This document shows positions 1 to 7,250 of a stretch of DNA of 64,000 bases, piece after piece (the stretch's first letter is position 1; every line of letters begins with the position of its first letter). The notes under the pieces are model-generated. The model was not told the origin of the DNA and did no database searches. It was given only the letters and a program-made list of their open reading frames with translations. The DNA comes from an uncultured virus (IMG/VR IMGVR_UViG_3300005611_000005) (taxonomy: Duplodnaviria; Heunggongvirae; Uroviricota; Caudoviricetes): the IMG/VR virus record IMGVR_UViG_3300005611_000005. One strand, 5' to 3'. Position numbers and translations under genes: made by a program.

Positions 1-201
1 ATATACGATAACTATATCAACGATCCTACAACAGAAGATACATTCAAATTATTTTACACGCGAAAACTTAATGATGGTGTAGAATTAAAGGCTCAACAGT
101 TTTCATCAAAGGATGAAGATTATTGTATATCTTTGTTAGAATCAATAATGGATCAGGAAGATTTTCTTGGATGGCCATTTGGAGATAAAGTTACTAAATA
201 A
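1..201 (+). CDS. Partial hypothetical protein (3' end)
   Basis: Frame 1 is open from base 1 to TAA 199-201 (IYDNYIND...GDKVTK*). Confidence 0.6.
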   Translation: MYDNYINDPTTEDTFKLFYTRKLNDGVELKAQQFSSKDEDYCISLLESIMDQEDFLGWPFGDKVTK

Positions 202-224
202 GTTATGAAAAAACCAAAACAAAG

Positions 225-455
225 ATGAAACTAGATAAAGAAAGACAAGGTAAGGTAAATACCATTATATCAGAGATAGAAGGATTTATGTTAGAGTTTC
301 CTCCACAATATGAAACTGATAAGGAAAGTATGTTAGGATATTTTTCCAATATCATCTGTCAATTAGATACCGACATTGCAATTGAGGTGATGAAAGATTT
401 TGGTAAAGCAGGTGAACATCAAGCAATGGCAATTAAAGTAAACTACGGATATTAA
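225..455 (+). CDS. Hypothetical protein
   Basis: 76-aa ORF packed between neighbours, A-rich upstream region. Confidence 0.65.
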   Translation: MKLDKERQGKVNTIISEIEGFMLEFPPQYETDKESMLGYFSNIICQLDTDIAIEVMKDFGKAGEHQAMAIKVNYGY

Positions 456-467
456 ACAAAAACAAAG

Positions 468-1631
468 ATGAGTAATAACCTAGATAAACAGTACCAAGCA
501 CTCCTTCAAGACATACTTGATAATGGAGTAACAAAACAAACCAGAAATGGAGGCACACTTTCAGTATTCGGAAGACAAATACGTCATAAAATGAGTGATG
601 GGTTTCCGTTACTTACAACTAAGAAAATGGCTTGGAAAACTATGGTGACAGAACTACTATGGTTTTTAAGAGGTGATACAAACATTAAATACCTTGTTGA
701 TAATAATTGTCATATTTGGGACGGTGATGCTTATAAAGCTTATGTTAAGTGGTGGGAGTTTTCTGATGATAGTTGTAACTTAACTGAAGAACAATCTGAG
801 AAATGGTTAAAATTAATTGATGGTGGATTGCAATGGGCACCTTATTCAAAAGAAGAATTCATCGACAAAATCAAAACAGATGATGAGTTTGCTAAACAGT
901 GGGGTGATTTAGGACCTGTGTATGGTAAGCAATGGAGAAGTTGGAAATTTACTGATAAGTTTACAAACGGAGAACAAATTGCATATGTAAATGGAAAGAT
1001 AGACCAAATCCAAAACCTAATCAATGACCTTAAAACAAATCCAGATTCAAGACGATTAATGGTTAGTGCTTGGAATGTAGGTGAATTAGACCAAATGGTA
1101 CTTCCACCCTGTCACTACGGCTTTCAAGTCTATACAAGAGAGTTGAGTGCCAAAGAGAGATGGGATTGGTATGGGAAAAATGGCGGCCCAATGGGAGAAC
1201 AAAAACTTGTTGCACTCATAGTACATGAAAATGAAGAAGACAATAGTCATATACATTCATGGTTAAAAACATGGGCACCAAATGTACCAACCAGAGCAAT
1301 CTCTTTAATGTGGAATCAACGTTCAGTAGATACATTCTTAGGTTTACCATTCAATATTGCAAGTTATGGATTACTATTAGAAATCATTGCTAAAGAAGTT
1401 AATATGGTTCCTGATGAATTGATTGGAAATCTTGGAGACGTACACCTTTACTCAAATCATATTGAACAAGCAAAAGAACAAATTGGTAGAGAACCATATC
1501 CATTACCTAAACTATTATTCAAAGACCATCTAAAAAGTTTTGATACTATTATTGATATACTAAGAGTACAAGATTTTATATTAGATAACTATCAATCTCA
1601 CCCAACAATTAAAGCACCTTTATCAAATTAA
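468..1631 (+). CDS. thyA: Thymidylate synthase with two insertions
   Basis: FPLLTTKK, ELLWFLRG, LGPVYGKQW, PDSRR, catalytic LPPCH, QRSVDTFLGLPFNIASY, GDVHLYSNH. Confidence 0.97.
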   Translation: MSNNLDKQYQALLQDILDNGVTKQTRNGGTLSVFGRQIRHKMSDGFPLLTTKKMAWKTMVTELLWFLRGDTNIKYLVDNNCHIWDGDAYKAYVKWWEFSDDSCNLTEEQSEKWLKLIDGGLQWAPYSKEEFIDKIKTDDEFAKQWGDLGPVYGKQWRSWKFTDKFTNGEQIAYVNGKIDQIQNLINDLKTNPDSRRLMVSAWNVGELDQMVLPPCHYGFQVYTRELSAKERWDWYGKNGGPMGEQKLVALIVHENEEDNSHIHSWLKTWAPNVPTRAISLMWNQRSVDTFLGLPFNIASYGLLLEIIAKEVNMVPDELIGNLGDVHLYSNHIEQAKEQIGREPYPLPKLLFKDHLKSFDTIIDILRVQDFILDNYQSHPTIKAPLSN

Positions 1632-1644
1632 AAACAAATAAATT

Positions 1645-2220
1645 ATGAGTTTAACAAATTACGCAAAAACAGAATTACAAGCAGCAGGATTCTTTGATGA
1701 AGATTCCGATTACGGAGGTTTGATTGGAGAGACAGTGATGGAACTTATTGAAGTGTTCGCCAAACAAGGACACTCAGGTATGTCTGCTCCTTATGTCGCT
1801 TCAATCTTTAACAAACTTGCCAACTTTGAACCATTACTTCCAATTACTGGTAAAGATGAAGAATGGGTAGATGTTGGAGATTATAATGATGATGGTGAAC
1901 CTTGGTATCAAAATAAAAGATGTTCTGCTTTATTCAAAGATGGAAAGGATGGAAAGCCTTATTATATTGATGCAATTATTAAAAGAGATGAAAAAGGTAT
2001 TTGTTGGAGTGGAATGGCTTGGTTAAATGAAGAAGATTATAAATCAGGTGATAGAACTAAAATGGTTGGAAAGAGAGGTTATGTTAAGTCATTTCCATTT
2101 GTACCAAAAACATTTTACATTGATGTCAGGGATGTTGAAGTAGCAAAAGATGATTGGGAGTCGTTTGTTATTGATCCGTCACAATTGGAAGAGGCGTGGG
2201 AGTACTATGATAAATATTAA
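1645..2220 (+). CDS. Hypothetical phage protein
   Basis: 191-aa ORF with QGHSGMSA and YQNKRCS motifs, bracketed by the 22-bp repeat. Confidence 0.75.
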   Translation: MSLTNYAKTELQAAGFFDEDSDYGGLIGETVMELIEVFAKQGHSGMSAPYVASIFNKLANFEPLLPITGKDEEWVDVGDYNDDGEPWYQNKRCSALFKDGKDGKPYYIDAIIKRDEKGICWSGMAWLNEEDYKSGDRTKMVGKRGYVKSFPFVPKTFYIDVRDVEVAKDDWESFVIDPSQLEEAWEYYDKY

Positions 2221-2259
2221 AGCACCTTTATCAAATTGATTCATATTTATAATAAAAAT

Positions 2260-2751
2260 ATGAAAACATCAGAATTACGACAAATCATTAAGGAAGAAAT
2301 TCGAAATACACTAAACGAGATTGGCGAGGGAGTAAAGCCCTATAGTTGGAGAATAGACTACAAATCTGATGATGAAGTGCGATATGGGTTTGAAACAGAT
2401 AACAATGTAGACTATCAAGTAAGCTTTGAATCTTTTGGTGAAGGAGAAACATGGGATGTATCATTTGCAGCTAGAGGGACAGGAACATCTGACCGGTTTA
2501 GCACCAGTGTAATTACAAACAAGGGAGAGATGTATAGGGTAATGAGTACAGTTTTTGATATTGTTAAAGATTTTATAAATGACTATCCTGATACGTTTCA
2601 ATTAACATTTGATCCATCACAAACTGGTGATGATGCGTCGACAAAAGACAAAAGAGCTAAGTTGTATCTAGCTTACTTTAAAAAACAAATGCCAACAAGT
2701 AAAGTTTATCAGGGTGAGCAAGGTGAGTTTATCGTTCAATTAAAGCATTAA
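2260..2751 (+). CDS. Putative head-packaged protein with MKTSELRQIIKEE leader
   Basis: ATG 2260 follows ATATTTAT 2243-2250; N-terminus resembles ORFs at 24124 and 60797. Confidence 0.6.
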   Translation: MKTSELRQIIKEEIRNTLNEIGEGVKPYSWRIDYKSDDEVRYGFETDNNVDYQVSFESFGEGETWDVSFAARGTGTSDRFSTSVITNKGEMYRVMSTVFDIVKDFINDYPDTFQLTFDPSQTGDDASTKDKRAKLYLAYFKKQMPTSKVYQGEQGEFIVQLKH

Positions 2752-2847
2752 TATCAAATTGATCCAAAAGGTTGGATATCCAAGATTTTTTTCATATATT
2801 CACAATATGAAACATATATCACACCTAACAATTAAAACATCCTAACT

Positions 2848-3072
2848 ATGGAACACATCAACGATTGGGAAGTTACAGAGCTAAAAACTCCATATGGCGC
2901 GTACCGATATAAAATGGCAGGAGATAGTTTTACATCATGTGGTTTATTAGCTTCTGCTGAGGATGCTGATAAGTTTCGAGTAGAAATGAAGCTTGAATAT
3001 CAGGGTCATGTTGAATTTGCACAAATAAGTAGATTAGATGCTAATAGCATTGTTGTAGAAGACGTTTTATAA
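2848..3072 (+). CDS. Hypothetical protein
   Basis: 74-aa ORF downstream of a promoter-like sequence near 2772-2803. Confidence 0.6.
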   Translation: MEHINDWEVTELKTPYGAYRYKMAGDSFTSCGLLASAEDADKFRVEMKLEYQGHVEFAQISRLDANSIVVEDVL

Positions 3073-3108
3073 ACACCTTCATTAAGTTGGTACAATTTAT
3101 AACAAATT

Positions 3109-3426
3109 ATGATGACTTTAGAAAACTTTCAGAAACTATTAGATTATTGTGCTAAGGCATTTGAAGCAGAATCAACCTTACTAACTGAGTTTGGTATTGA
3201 TCTCAGCTCAATTACAGACAACCATTATAGGTTAGTTGAATTACTAATGGATCATGCCTTTACTAAAGAAGGTGTTGATTGGATTCATTGGTTTTTGTAT
3301 GAAAAAGGATACATCGATGGCGATCTAAAAGAGGATATGAAAGCATGGGATGAACATAATCAGGAGATTTGTCAAGATGTTCCTAGATTGTACAGGTATC
3401 TAAAACAGCACAAGTACATTAAATAA
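3109..3426 (+). CDS. Hypothetical protein
   Basis: 105-aa ORF, DWIHWFLYE motif. Confidence 0.65.
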   Translation: MMTLENFQKLLDYCAKAFEAESTLLTEFGIDLSSITDNHYRLVELLMDHAFTKEGVDWIHWFLYEKGYIDGDLKEDMKAWDEHNQEICQDVPRLYRYLKQHKYIK

Positions 3427-3427
3427 G

Positions 3428-3458
3428 ATTTGGTACTTACAAAATAATTACTTATCTT
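3428..3458 (+). promoter_or_regulatory. Bacteroidota-type promoter; 31-bp exact repeat also at 4053-4083
   Basis: ATTTGGTACTTACAAAATAATTACTTATCTT occurs twice; TTTG-N20-TATCTT. Confidence 0.65.
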
Positions 3459-3468
3459 ATATTATAAG

Positions 3469-3957
3469 TTGAAAGATATGTTACGTATTTTATTTTTACA
3501 TGGGCTAGAAAGTTCCAATGAATGTCCAAAAGTAGATTTTTTAAAATCAGTTTCAAACTGCTACGCTCCGAAAATAGATTATACTAGAACAGATTTAGAA
3601 AATAATCTTTTTGATGCAGTTGAACAGTTCAACCCAAATGTTATAATTGGATCTAGCCTAGGAGGATATGTCGCAAGCTTATTAAGTTCATATTTTAATA
3701 TTGAATGTATAGCATTTAATCCAGCAATTCACAGTCGACCATTCGACCCTATGTTAAATAAATTAACATCATATTCAGATAATACTAATGTTCGACAGAT
3801 ATTCGTGTTAGGTATTGATGATGACGTAGTCGATCCGAATATTACTAAAGAATTGTCAAAAAACATGTCACATGTTGAAATTGAGGAAGTCGAAGGATTA
3901 GGGCATAGAATACCAGTAGAAATTTTAAAAAATATCTATAATAAATACTTACTGTAA
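3469..3957 (+). CDS. YqiA-like alpha/beta-hydrolase (esterase)
   Basis: LFLHGLESS, nucleophile elbow GSSLGG, DDVV acid, GLGH histidine. Confidence 0.85.
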   Translation: MKDMLRILFLHGLESSNECPKVDFLKSVSNCYAPKIDYTRTDLENNLFDAVEQFNPNVIIGSSLGGYVASLLSSYFNIECIAFNPAIHSRPFDPMLNKLTSYSDNTNVRQIFVLGIDDDVVDPNITKELSKNMSHVEIEEVEGLGHRIPVEILKNIYNKYLL

Positions 3958-4052
3958 ATATGCATGAGATATTTCATTTAGTAGGAATTTGTCCTGATTC
4001 GCTATTACATCCTGATTTATTAGACTTTTGTCTTATACATTTTCATGATATT

Positions 4053-4085
4053 ATTTGGTACTTACAAAATAATTACTTATCTTTA
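4053..4085 (+). promoter_or_regulatory. Bacteroidota-type promoter (second copy)
   Basis: TTTG 4054-4057, 20-nt spacer, TATCTTTA 4078-4085. Confidence 0.65.
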
Positions 4086-4088
4086 AGT

Positions 4089-4322
4089 ATGAAGAAAAAA
4101 GGTAGAAACGTAATTAAAGAAATGCCCAAGCCTAAACATCGAATTGGAGATATAGTATCTGTCAATTTTTTAGGTACGGTATATTCTTGTAAAGTACTAA
4201 ATTTATTGAAAAATAAGTATAATACCGAGCGATGGATATATACAGTTGAAGTAATAGATTCTGGACTCATCATACCATATGTCGGTATTGATCAATCTGA
4301 AACATTTGCAAATATCATTTAA
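4089..4322 (+). CDS. Small hypothetical protein, SH3/KOW-like pattern
   Basis: Probable start MKKKGRN at 4089 because the promoter repeat lies inside the longer 3960 ORF; KHRIGDIV motif. Confidence 0.55.
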   Translation: MKKKGRNVIKEMPKPKHRIGDIVSVNFLGTVYSCKVLNLLKNKYNTERWIYTVEVIDSGLIIPYVGIDQSETFANII

Positions 4323-4333
4323 TTATACACACT

Positions 4334-4660
4334 ATGAAACGTTACACTATGCAATTAGAATCGTTAAAAACTATCTGGTCATTGGTAATAGTACCAGCTA
4401 TTAAATCTTCTTTATTTGTACTTTTAATTATCGCATCTTTCTTTTTAGGTTCGAAATGGCAGGAAAGAGCAGATACAGTTACGGTTACACCTTTACCCGA
4501 TCCAGTTGCCTTAACTAGTTGCTCGGTTTCAGTAAATGAAAAAGGCGAGCTTATGATTATCGATCGTGCTACATCAAAAATATATTTGTATGAGCAAAAT
4601 GTTGGTATACAAATCTTTAAATCATATGGCAATCATATGGTAAGTAATAAACCTCAGTAA
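4334..4660 (+). CDS. Membrane-anchored hypothetical protein
   Basis: Hydrophobic segment SLFVLLIIASFFLG; directly upstream of the transglycosylase. Confidence 0.6.
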   Translation: MKRYTMQLESLKTIWSLVIVPAIKSSLFVLLIIASFFLGSKWQERADTVTVTPLPDPVALTSCSVSVNEKGELMIIDRATSKIYLYEQNVGIQIFKSYGNHMVSNKPQ

Positions 4661-4662
4661 CA

Positions 4663-5211
4663 ATGTCTATGAAACAAATAATTTATTCTAGCGTAATTGC
4701 ATGCATCGCAATTGTTAGTATATTGTTGTTTAATAATAAAATTGTATCTGCCAATTCAAACGTACATATATTTAACGATACTATCGATTCGTCGACAACA
4801 TTAAAGTCTTCAATTGCATCTGTACAAATGTACTATTACATTAAAAAATATGCAAATGAATATGAAATTCCAGAATCGTATGCTTTTGGAATTGCTTATC
4901 AAGAAACGAAATATCAAGGCCCATTACACTTTAAATACAACCCAGCTTTAACTTCATATGCCGGAGCTGTAGGTCCAATGCAAATAATGCCTAGCACCGC
5001 AAATGGGTTATGTAAACGTACCGTAAATGTACAACGACTTAAAACTGATATCGAGTTTAATGTTATGTTATCGATGAAGTTATTGCGTCGTTTACATGAT
5101 AGATATAACAATTGGGGCTTAGTATTTGGAGCATATAATACAGGACGACCTTGCGTTAATCAATATGCATTAAATGTATTAAATAAAAATTTTCTTTGGA
5201 TAACTAATTAG
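4663..5211 (+). CDS. Lytic transglycosylase (SLT domain) with N-terminal signal/anchor
   Basis: IAYQET (catalytic Glu), GAVGPMQIMPSTA, AYNTG motifs; hydrophobic N-terminus. Confidence 0.9.
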   Translation: MSMKQIIYSSVIACIAIVSILLFNNKIVSANSNVHIFNDTIDSSTTLKSSIASVQMYYYIKKYANEYEIPESYAFGIAYQETKYQGPLHFKYNPALTSYAGAVGPMQIMPSTANGLCKRTVNVQRLKTDIEFNVMLSMKLLRRLHDRYNNWGLVFGAYNTGRPCVNQYALNVLNKNFLWITN

Positions 5212-5249
5212 TTTTTGTAATCTGTTACATATTTATTACTAAACATAAC

Positions 5250-5327
5250 ATGGAACTCATTATTAACATATTACAAAATATCAGTGACAGTTTACCGCTA
5301 TTCTGGTATACATCTATATGTGCGTAA
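5250..5327 (+). CDS. Putative 25-aa attenuator leader peptide MELIINILQNISDSLPLFWYTSICA
   Basis: ATG 5250 to TAA 5325-5327, between ATATTTAT (5229-5236) and an intrinsic terminator. Confidence 0.55.
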   Translation: MELIINILQNISDSLPLFWYTSICA

Positions 5328-5350
5328 TGCTCCGTGAATATATATATTTT

Positions 5351-5381
5351 AAGCCTCGGAGATTTCCGGGGCTTTTTTTTT
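5351..5381 (+). terminator. Intrinsic terminator ahead of the tRNA array
   Basis: AAGCCTCGGA-GATT-TCCGGGGCTT stem followed by a T run. Confidence 0.88.
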
Positions 5382-5386
5382 GAAAA

Positions 5387-5434
5387 TTTGGTACTTTGAA
5401 ATATTATTCATATTTTTATGTATAGAATTTAAAA
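5387..5434 (+). promoter_or_regulatory. Bacteroidota-type promoter P1 of the tRNA array (48-bp exact repeat with 5549-5596)
   Basis: TTTG-N20-TATTTTTA resembles the -33 TTTG / -7 TAnnTTTG consensus. Confidence 0.7.
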
Positions 5435-5447
5435 GTTCATTGAAATA
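5435..5447 (+). promoter_or_regulatory. boxA-like antitermination element (also 5599-5611 and 5807-5818)
   Basis: GTTCATTGAAATA, GTTCTTTGAAAAT and GATCTTTGACAT resemble rrn boxA. Confidence 0.5.
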
Positions 5448-5450
5448 TTT

Positions 5451-5522
5451 GCCTCTATAGTTCAAGGGATAGAACATCGGTTTTCTAAACCGTCGATCCT
5501 GGTTCGAATCCGGGTAGAGGTA
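5451..5522 (+). tRNA. tRNA-Arg(TCT)
   Basis: GCCTCTA/TAGAGGT acceptor, loop TTTCTAA, TTCGAAT T-loop. Confidence 0.9.
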
Positions 5523-5548
5523 CTATATAAAAAATATGAATAAAAAGT

Positions 5549-5596
5549 TTTGGTACTTTGAAATATTATTCATATTTTTATGTATAGAATTTAAAA
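5549..5596 (+). promoter_or_regulatory. Bacteroidota-type promoter P2 of the tRNA array
   Basis: Exact duplicate of 5387-5434. Confidence 0.7.
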
Positions 5597-5613
5597 AGGT
5601 TCTTTGAAAATAT

Positions 5614-5703
5614 AGTCAGGTGTCGGAATGGTATCCGTTACAATGTGGGAAGACCCTCCACTGTTCTAAAACCACACTGCAGGTTCGAATCCTGTCCTGA
5701 CTA
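5614..5703 (+). ncRNA. tRNA-like RNA with normal acceptor/D/T arms but no canonical anticodon arm
   Basis: AGTCAGG/CCTGACT, CGGA-ATGGTA-TCCG, GCAGG-TTCGAAT-CCTGT; about 40-nt atypical middle. Confidence 0.7.
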
Positions 5704-5710
5704 CAAATAT

Positions 5711-5783
5711 TGCGGGGTAGAGCAGTAGGTAGCTCGTCAGCCTCATAAGCTGAAGGCCGTCGGTTCGAGTCCGACCCCCGCAA
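5711..5783 (+). tRNA. tRNA-Met(CAT), initiator-like body
   Basis: TGCGGGG/CCCCGCA, TCAGC-CTCATAA-GCTGA. Confidence 0.9.
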
Positions 5784-5835
5784 CGATGCTCCCTTATGGA
5801 GTATACGATCTTTGACATATTGAAATTGCCAAAAA

Positions 5836-5907
5836 GGCCCGTTCGTCTAGGGGTTAGGACGCCAGATTTTCATTCTGGAAACACGAGTTCGATTCTCGTA
5901 CGGGCTA
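5836..5907 (+). tRNA. tRNA-Glu(TTC)
   Basis: CCAGA-TTTTCAT-TCTGG, full cloverleaf. Confidence 0.92.
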
Positions 5908-5917
5908 CATTAATTTA

Positions 5918-6003
5918 GCCGAGGTGGTGGAATTGGTAGACACGCAGGACTTAAAATCCTGTGAGCAGTGATGTTCGTACGGGTTCGATTCCCGTCCTCG
6001 GTA
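5918..6003 (+). tRNA. tRNA-Leu(TAA)
   Basis: CAGGA-CTTAAAA-TCCTG, long variable arm. Confidence 0.93.
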
Positions 6004-6010
6004 CAAAAAT

Positions 6011-6084
6011 GGTCCGGTAGTTCAGTTGGTTAGAATACATGCCTGTCACGCATGGGGTCGCGGGTTCGAGTCCCGTCCGGACCG
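6011..6084 (+). tRNA. tRNA-Asp(GTC)
   Basis: CATGC-CTGTCAC-GCATG, GGTCCGG/CCGGACC. Confidence 0.94.
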
Positions 6085-6089
6085 CAATT

Positions 6090-6162
6090 GATCTCGTAGC
6101 TCAGTTGGTAGAGCAGTACACTTTTAATGTACGGGCCGTGAGTTCGAGTCTCACCGGGGTCA
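6090..6162 (+). tRNA. tRNA-Lys(TTT)
   Basis: GTACA-CTTTTAA-TGTAC. Confidence 0.92.
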
Positions 6163-6172
6163 CAAAAACTAC

Positions 6173-6297
6173 GTATAGATTTGGTTAAAGGATAACAGTT
6201 CATCCGAAATAGTTCGATTCTATTACTATACAATGTAGACGTATGATTGGTTATCAGGAGAACTTAGTTTCCTATCTGTTCGATTCAGAAGTACGTA
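6173..6297 (+). ncRNA. Two miniature or degenerate tRNA-like elements (6173-6232, 6239-6297)
   Basis: T-arms AATAG-TTCGATT-CTATT and TCTG-TTCGATT-CAGA; terminal stems GTATAG/CTATAC and ACGTA/TACGT. Confidence 0.45.
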
Positions 6298-6302
6298 AAT
6301 TT

Positions 6303-6381
6303 GCCGATGTGGTGGAATGGTAGACACGCCAGTTTTAGGAACTGGTGCTTATGCGTGTAGGTTCGAGTCCTACCATCGGTA
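6303..6381 (+). tRNA. tRNA-Leu(TAG)
   Basis: CCAGT-TTTAGGA-ACTGG, variable arm. Confidence 0.92.
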
Positions 6382-6533
6382 CAGCAGTTATCTGAACTTG
6401 CACTAGGACGATAACAACCATTGGAGGAAGCAAGTCTCACGAATGGTCCTGTAGGTTGTGACCAGTACACATAAAAAGACTCCTGCCAGATAGAGTAGGT
6501 GGCTGTGGTTTTTCACACAAAGCTCTATCATTT

Positions 6534-6608
6534 GCCCCTTTAGCTCAGCTGGCTTAGAGCAACTGATTTGTAATCAGTAGGTCGTGGGTTCGATTCCTAC
6601 AAGGGGCT
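6534..6608 (+). tRNA. tRNA-Thr(TGT)
   Basis: ACTGA-TTTGTAA-TCAGT. Confidence 0.93.
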
Positions 6609-6616
6609 CAACAAAT

Positions 6617-6699
<83 letters not shown>

Positions 6700-6705
6700 C
6701 AAAAG

Positions 6706-6821
6706 TAAAAGATAGTGAAGCTGTAATAGATGATGGTGTTAAAATGATGAAAAAGGGTTTGGAGTAATCAGAGCGTGAACAAATCATCTATCAGAAACCC
6801 TGCAAGACCCGAAATCTTTTA
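6706..6821 (+). ncRNA. Putative pseudoknotted ncRNA of unknown family
   Basis: Three perfect helices, two of them crossing (see findings). Confidence 0.5.
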
Positions 6822-6825
6822 TTTA

Positions 6826-6899
6826 GTATCTGTAGCTCAATTGGATAGAGCACCTGGCTACGGACCAGGAGGTTGAGGGTTCGAATCCTTCCTGGTGTA
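6826..6899 (+). tRNA. tRNA-Arg(ACG), weak acceptor stem
   Basis: CCTGG-CTACGGA-CCAGG; acceptor has several G-U pairs and a mismatch. Confidence 0.8.
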
Positions 6900-7015
6900 C
6901 TATTAAAACCAATCCGGTTAAAGGATAAACACCAGCCGGCCCCGATTTGCGAAAGAGTAATCTTTTTAGGGAAAAAACTTTAGGTGCGTGTAAGGATATT
7001 GGGAGCCTTACATTT

Positions 7016-7088
7016 GGACTTATAGCTCAGTTGGTAGAGCGTTGGATTGAAGATCCAAGCGTCGGCAGTTCGAATCTGTCTAAGTCCA
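7016..7088 (+). tRNA. tRNA-Phe(GAA)
   Basis: TTGGA-TTGAAGA-TCCAA. Confidence 0.93.
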
Positions 7089-7092
7089 CAAT

Positions 7093-7164
7093 GACTCTGT
7101 GGCGCAGCGGTAGCGCAGTTGACTGTTAATCAATTGGTCGTAGGTTCGAATCCTACCAGAGTCG
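7093..7164 (+). tRNA. tRNA-Asn(GTT)
   Basis: GTTGA-CTGTTAA-TCAAT. Confidence 0.93.
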
Positions 7165-7170
7165 CTAATT

Positions 7171-7244
7171 CGAAATGTAGCTCAATTGGTTAGAGCATCC
7201 GCCTGATACGCGGAAGGTTATAGGTTCGATTCCTATCATTTCGA
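7171..7244 (+). tRNA. tRNA-Ile(GAT)
   Basis: TCCGC-CTGATAC-GCGGA. Confidence 0.92.
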
Positions 7245-7250
7245 CAATAG

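Larger units (their letters stand above)
1608..3089 (+). repeat. Gene-end direct repeat ATTAAAGCACCTTTATCAAATT: 1608-1629, 2216-2237, degenerate copies 2739-2763 and 3069-3089
   Basis: 22-bp exact match between the first two copies; each copy overlaps or abuts the stop codon of a successive gene. Confidence 0.8.

Noticed and set aside
468..1631. Intein or intron in thyA explaining its 387-aa length
   Set aside because: The insertions are short, in frame, and lack intein terminal motifs or recognisable group I elements
3960..4088. N-terminal extension of the 120-aa ORF
   Set aside because: It contains an exact copy of the promoter repeat, so the real start is more likely ATG 4089
5451..5522. 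Amber suppressor (CTA) reading of the first tRNA
   Set aside because: Stem register CGGT/ACCG centres TCT in the 7-nt loop; the CTA register does not pair
1608..5596. CRISPR array
   Set aside because: Repeats are separated by whole genes or tRNAs rather than uniform 30-40 nt spacers, and no cas genes are seen
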